DNA from: a virus
Taxonomy: Duplodnaviria > Caudoviricetes
IMG/VR virus record: IMGVR_UViG_3300029288_000067
Span: 32,001-96,000 of that record
Direction: 5' to 3' (one strand)
DNA: 64,000 nt
Positions 62,617 to 64,000 of this stretch are shown here, one piece after another. The stretch's first letter is position 1; each line of letters opens with the position of its first letter. The position numbers and the translations under genes are program-made. A model generated the notes under the pieces. It was not told the origin of the DNA, did not search any database, and was given only the letters and a program-made list of their open reading frames with translations.

Positions 62617-63370
62617 TTTTCTTCCTTTCTTACCCAATGTAATCTGAATCCGAGAAAGTATAACACTTCGGCCATTGACTTTCAAGGTTTTCAACCCACC
62701 GGTCTATTGCTTTACTCCGGTTTACCTGTGTATCACATATTAAATCGGTCAAAGCCTTGTCCAAGACCTTCAATTTTTCTTTCATACCTTTTTTCAAAAA
62801 AGGAAATTTTTTGAAGATAACTTTTCGACAATGCGGGGCAACAACAACACACCCCAAATCACAAATATATCCATCCCGGGTAAGAAACCCCAGAAGATCC
62901 CGGACATCGAGCATATTTGTCAACAAACGTCCAGTAGTGACATTCAAAACTTGTGCAAGAGTGTATGTTTTTGTAGGCATATCAAGCCCCTTTCACGTAC
63001 TTTTTGTTTTTTCCCAAATCGTCCAAAATTCCCTCATAGCGTCAGCCGGGAGTTTTTCATTCACAAACTCCCGGACTTTATTAAAGGGAGCCTCCCATTC
63101 ACACTTCAAAACATCTGTTAATCGAAGAATTTCCCGACTCAAAATCTTAATTTGCTCCGATTCAACAAACTTTGCATATTCCTTGAAAATATCCCAAAAT
63201 TCCTTTGTTTCGAAGAAAAGACACCCTTCTCCATCCCCATCAATAAAATCTTTGTATGCATCCCGAAGTTTATTGATTGTGTGTTTATTTTCTTCGTATC
63301 GCAAACACTGCTCTTTGTTGCTGAAAGGAGTTCCGTCATTTGCAATATATGTTTGCACAATTTTCATATT

Positions 63371-64000
63371 CTATTCCTTTTCCTCCGTCTTATTTTCCAA
63401 TAGGGATACAATATTCTTTTTATCGGAAAGTGCCTGAAACCCAAGACGAGAAATAATCCCAGTCCAGAAGGAATCAATTGCACCCTTTGCCTCTGTAATT
63501 GCTTTATCGACACATTCTTTCGCCTGCGAGACAACAAAAGGCATGTTGTGAAAAACCTCGTTCTCCACCTTGCAGAAAGCAGATTTCACTCTTGCTTGAT
63601 CTGCCTTTGTCATTTTTATCTCAGAAAGAAGTTGTTTCAATTCCAAAACGGCTTCTTTTGCTTCAACCCCTTGTTCTTCAATCTCCCGTTTGTATGTGTC
63701 CATTTCGGACTCTACCGGAGGATCTTCCACCCGTTCCCGGTTGATATGTTCAATTGTCGCGGGAACCCCTACACCCGCATTCATAGATGTCAGCAATTCC
63801 GCGAACTGGTTGGGGGTCAACCGAAGCTCAATCAACTCCTCTTTGTTCAGGTATCGATTCTCGGACAATCTTCGATATTCATATGCCCGGGAGATTGTCA
63901 AACCAATGTAGGAGTCACATTTGATCTTTGACCCAAAGAAAGATTGCCCTCCTCCATGTCGATGTGACAATCTCACAACTGCATAGGAAGGGTGGTGTTT
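63371..64000 (-). CDS. hypothetical phage protein, 5' end outside window
   Basis: frame open to window edge (..HPSYAVVRLS..); QFAELLTSMN.G.GVPATI. Confidence 0.6.
   Translation of the reverse strand, partial: KHHPSYAVVRLSHRHGGGQSFFGSKIKCDSYIGLTISRAYEYRRLSENRYLNKEELIELRLTPNQFAELLTSMNAGVGVPATIEHINRERVEDPPVESEMDTYKREIEEQGVEAKEAVLELKQLLSEIKMTKADQARVKSAFCKVENEVFHNMPFVVSQAKECVDKAITEAKGAIDSFWTGIISRLGFQALSDKKNIVSLLENKTEEKE

Overview
This is an AT-rich, densely coded segment, almost entirely on the minus strand, that looks like part of a large (jumbo-type) tailed phage genome in the standard genetic code. All calls are from motif recognition by eye; no database searches were run. Replication and transcription genes include a family A DNA polymerase split over two adjacent ORFs, a stand-alone primase-type Zn finger, SSB, a DNA methyltransferase and an extended sigma70-family protein. 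There are 12 tRNA genes, none encoding CCA, and tRNA-Leu(UAA) is interrupted by a 467-nt group I intron. Five unassigned structured ncRNA candidates lie among the tRNAs. A broad tRNA/RNA repair set is present: PNK/phosphatase, two RNA ligases, a Thg1-like protein, a CCA-adding enzyme, a Pol-beta nucleotidyltransferase and an RlmN-like radical SAM protein. About 21 copies of a TTGAA(G/T)-N17-TAATAT promoter drive cassettes of small hypothetical genes. Between these cassettes sit islands of unrelated proteins (ART-like, zincin, Nudix, DUF3293-like, sigma-like) that share a short basic N-terminal leader ending in Ala. Several islands begin with a hairpin that buries the start codon. My best candidate for an undescribed system is an Ala-specific capsid-targeting/propeptide system for virion-packaged effectors with translational gating. 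The tRNA-flanked ncRNAs are the next best candidates.
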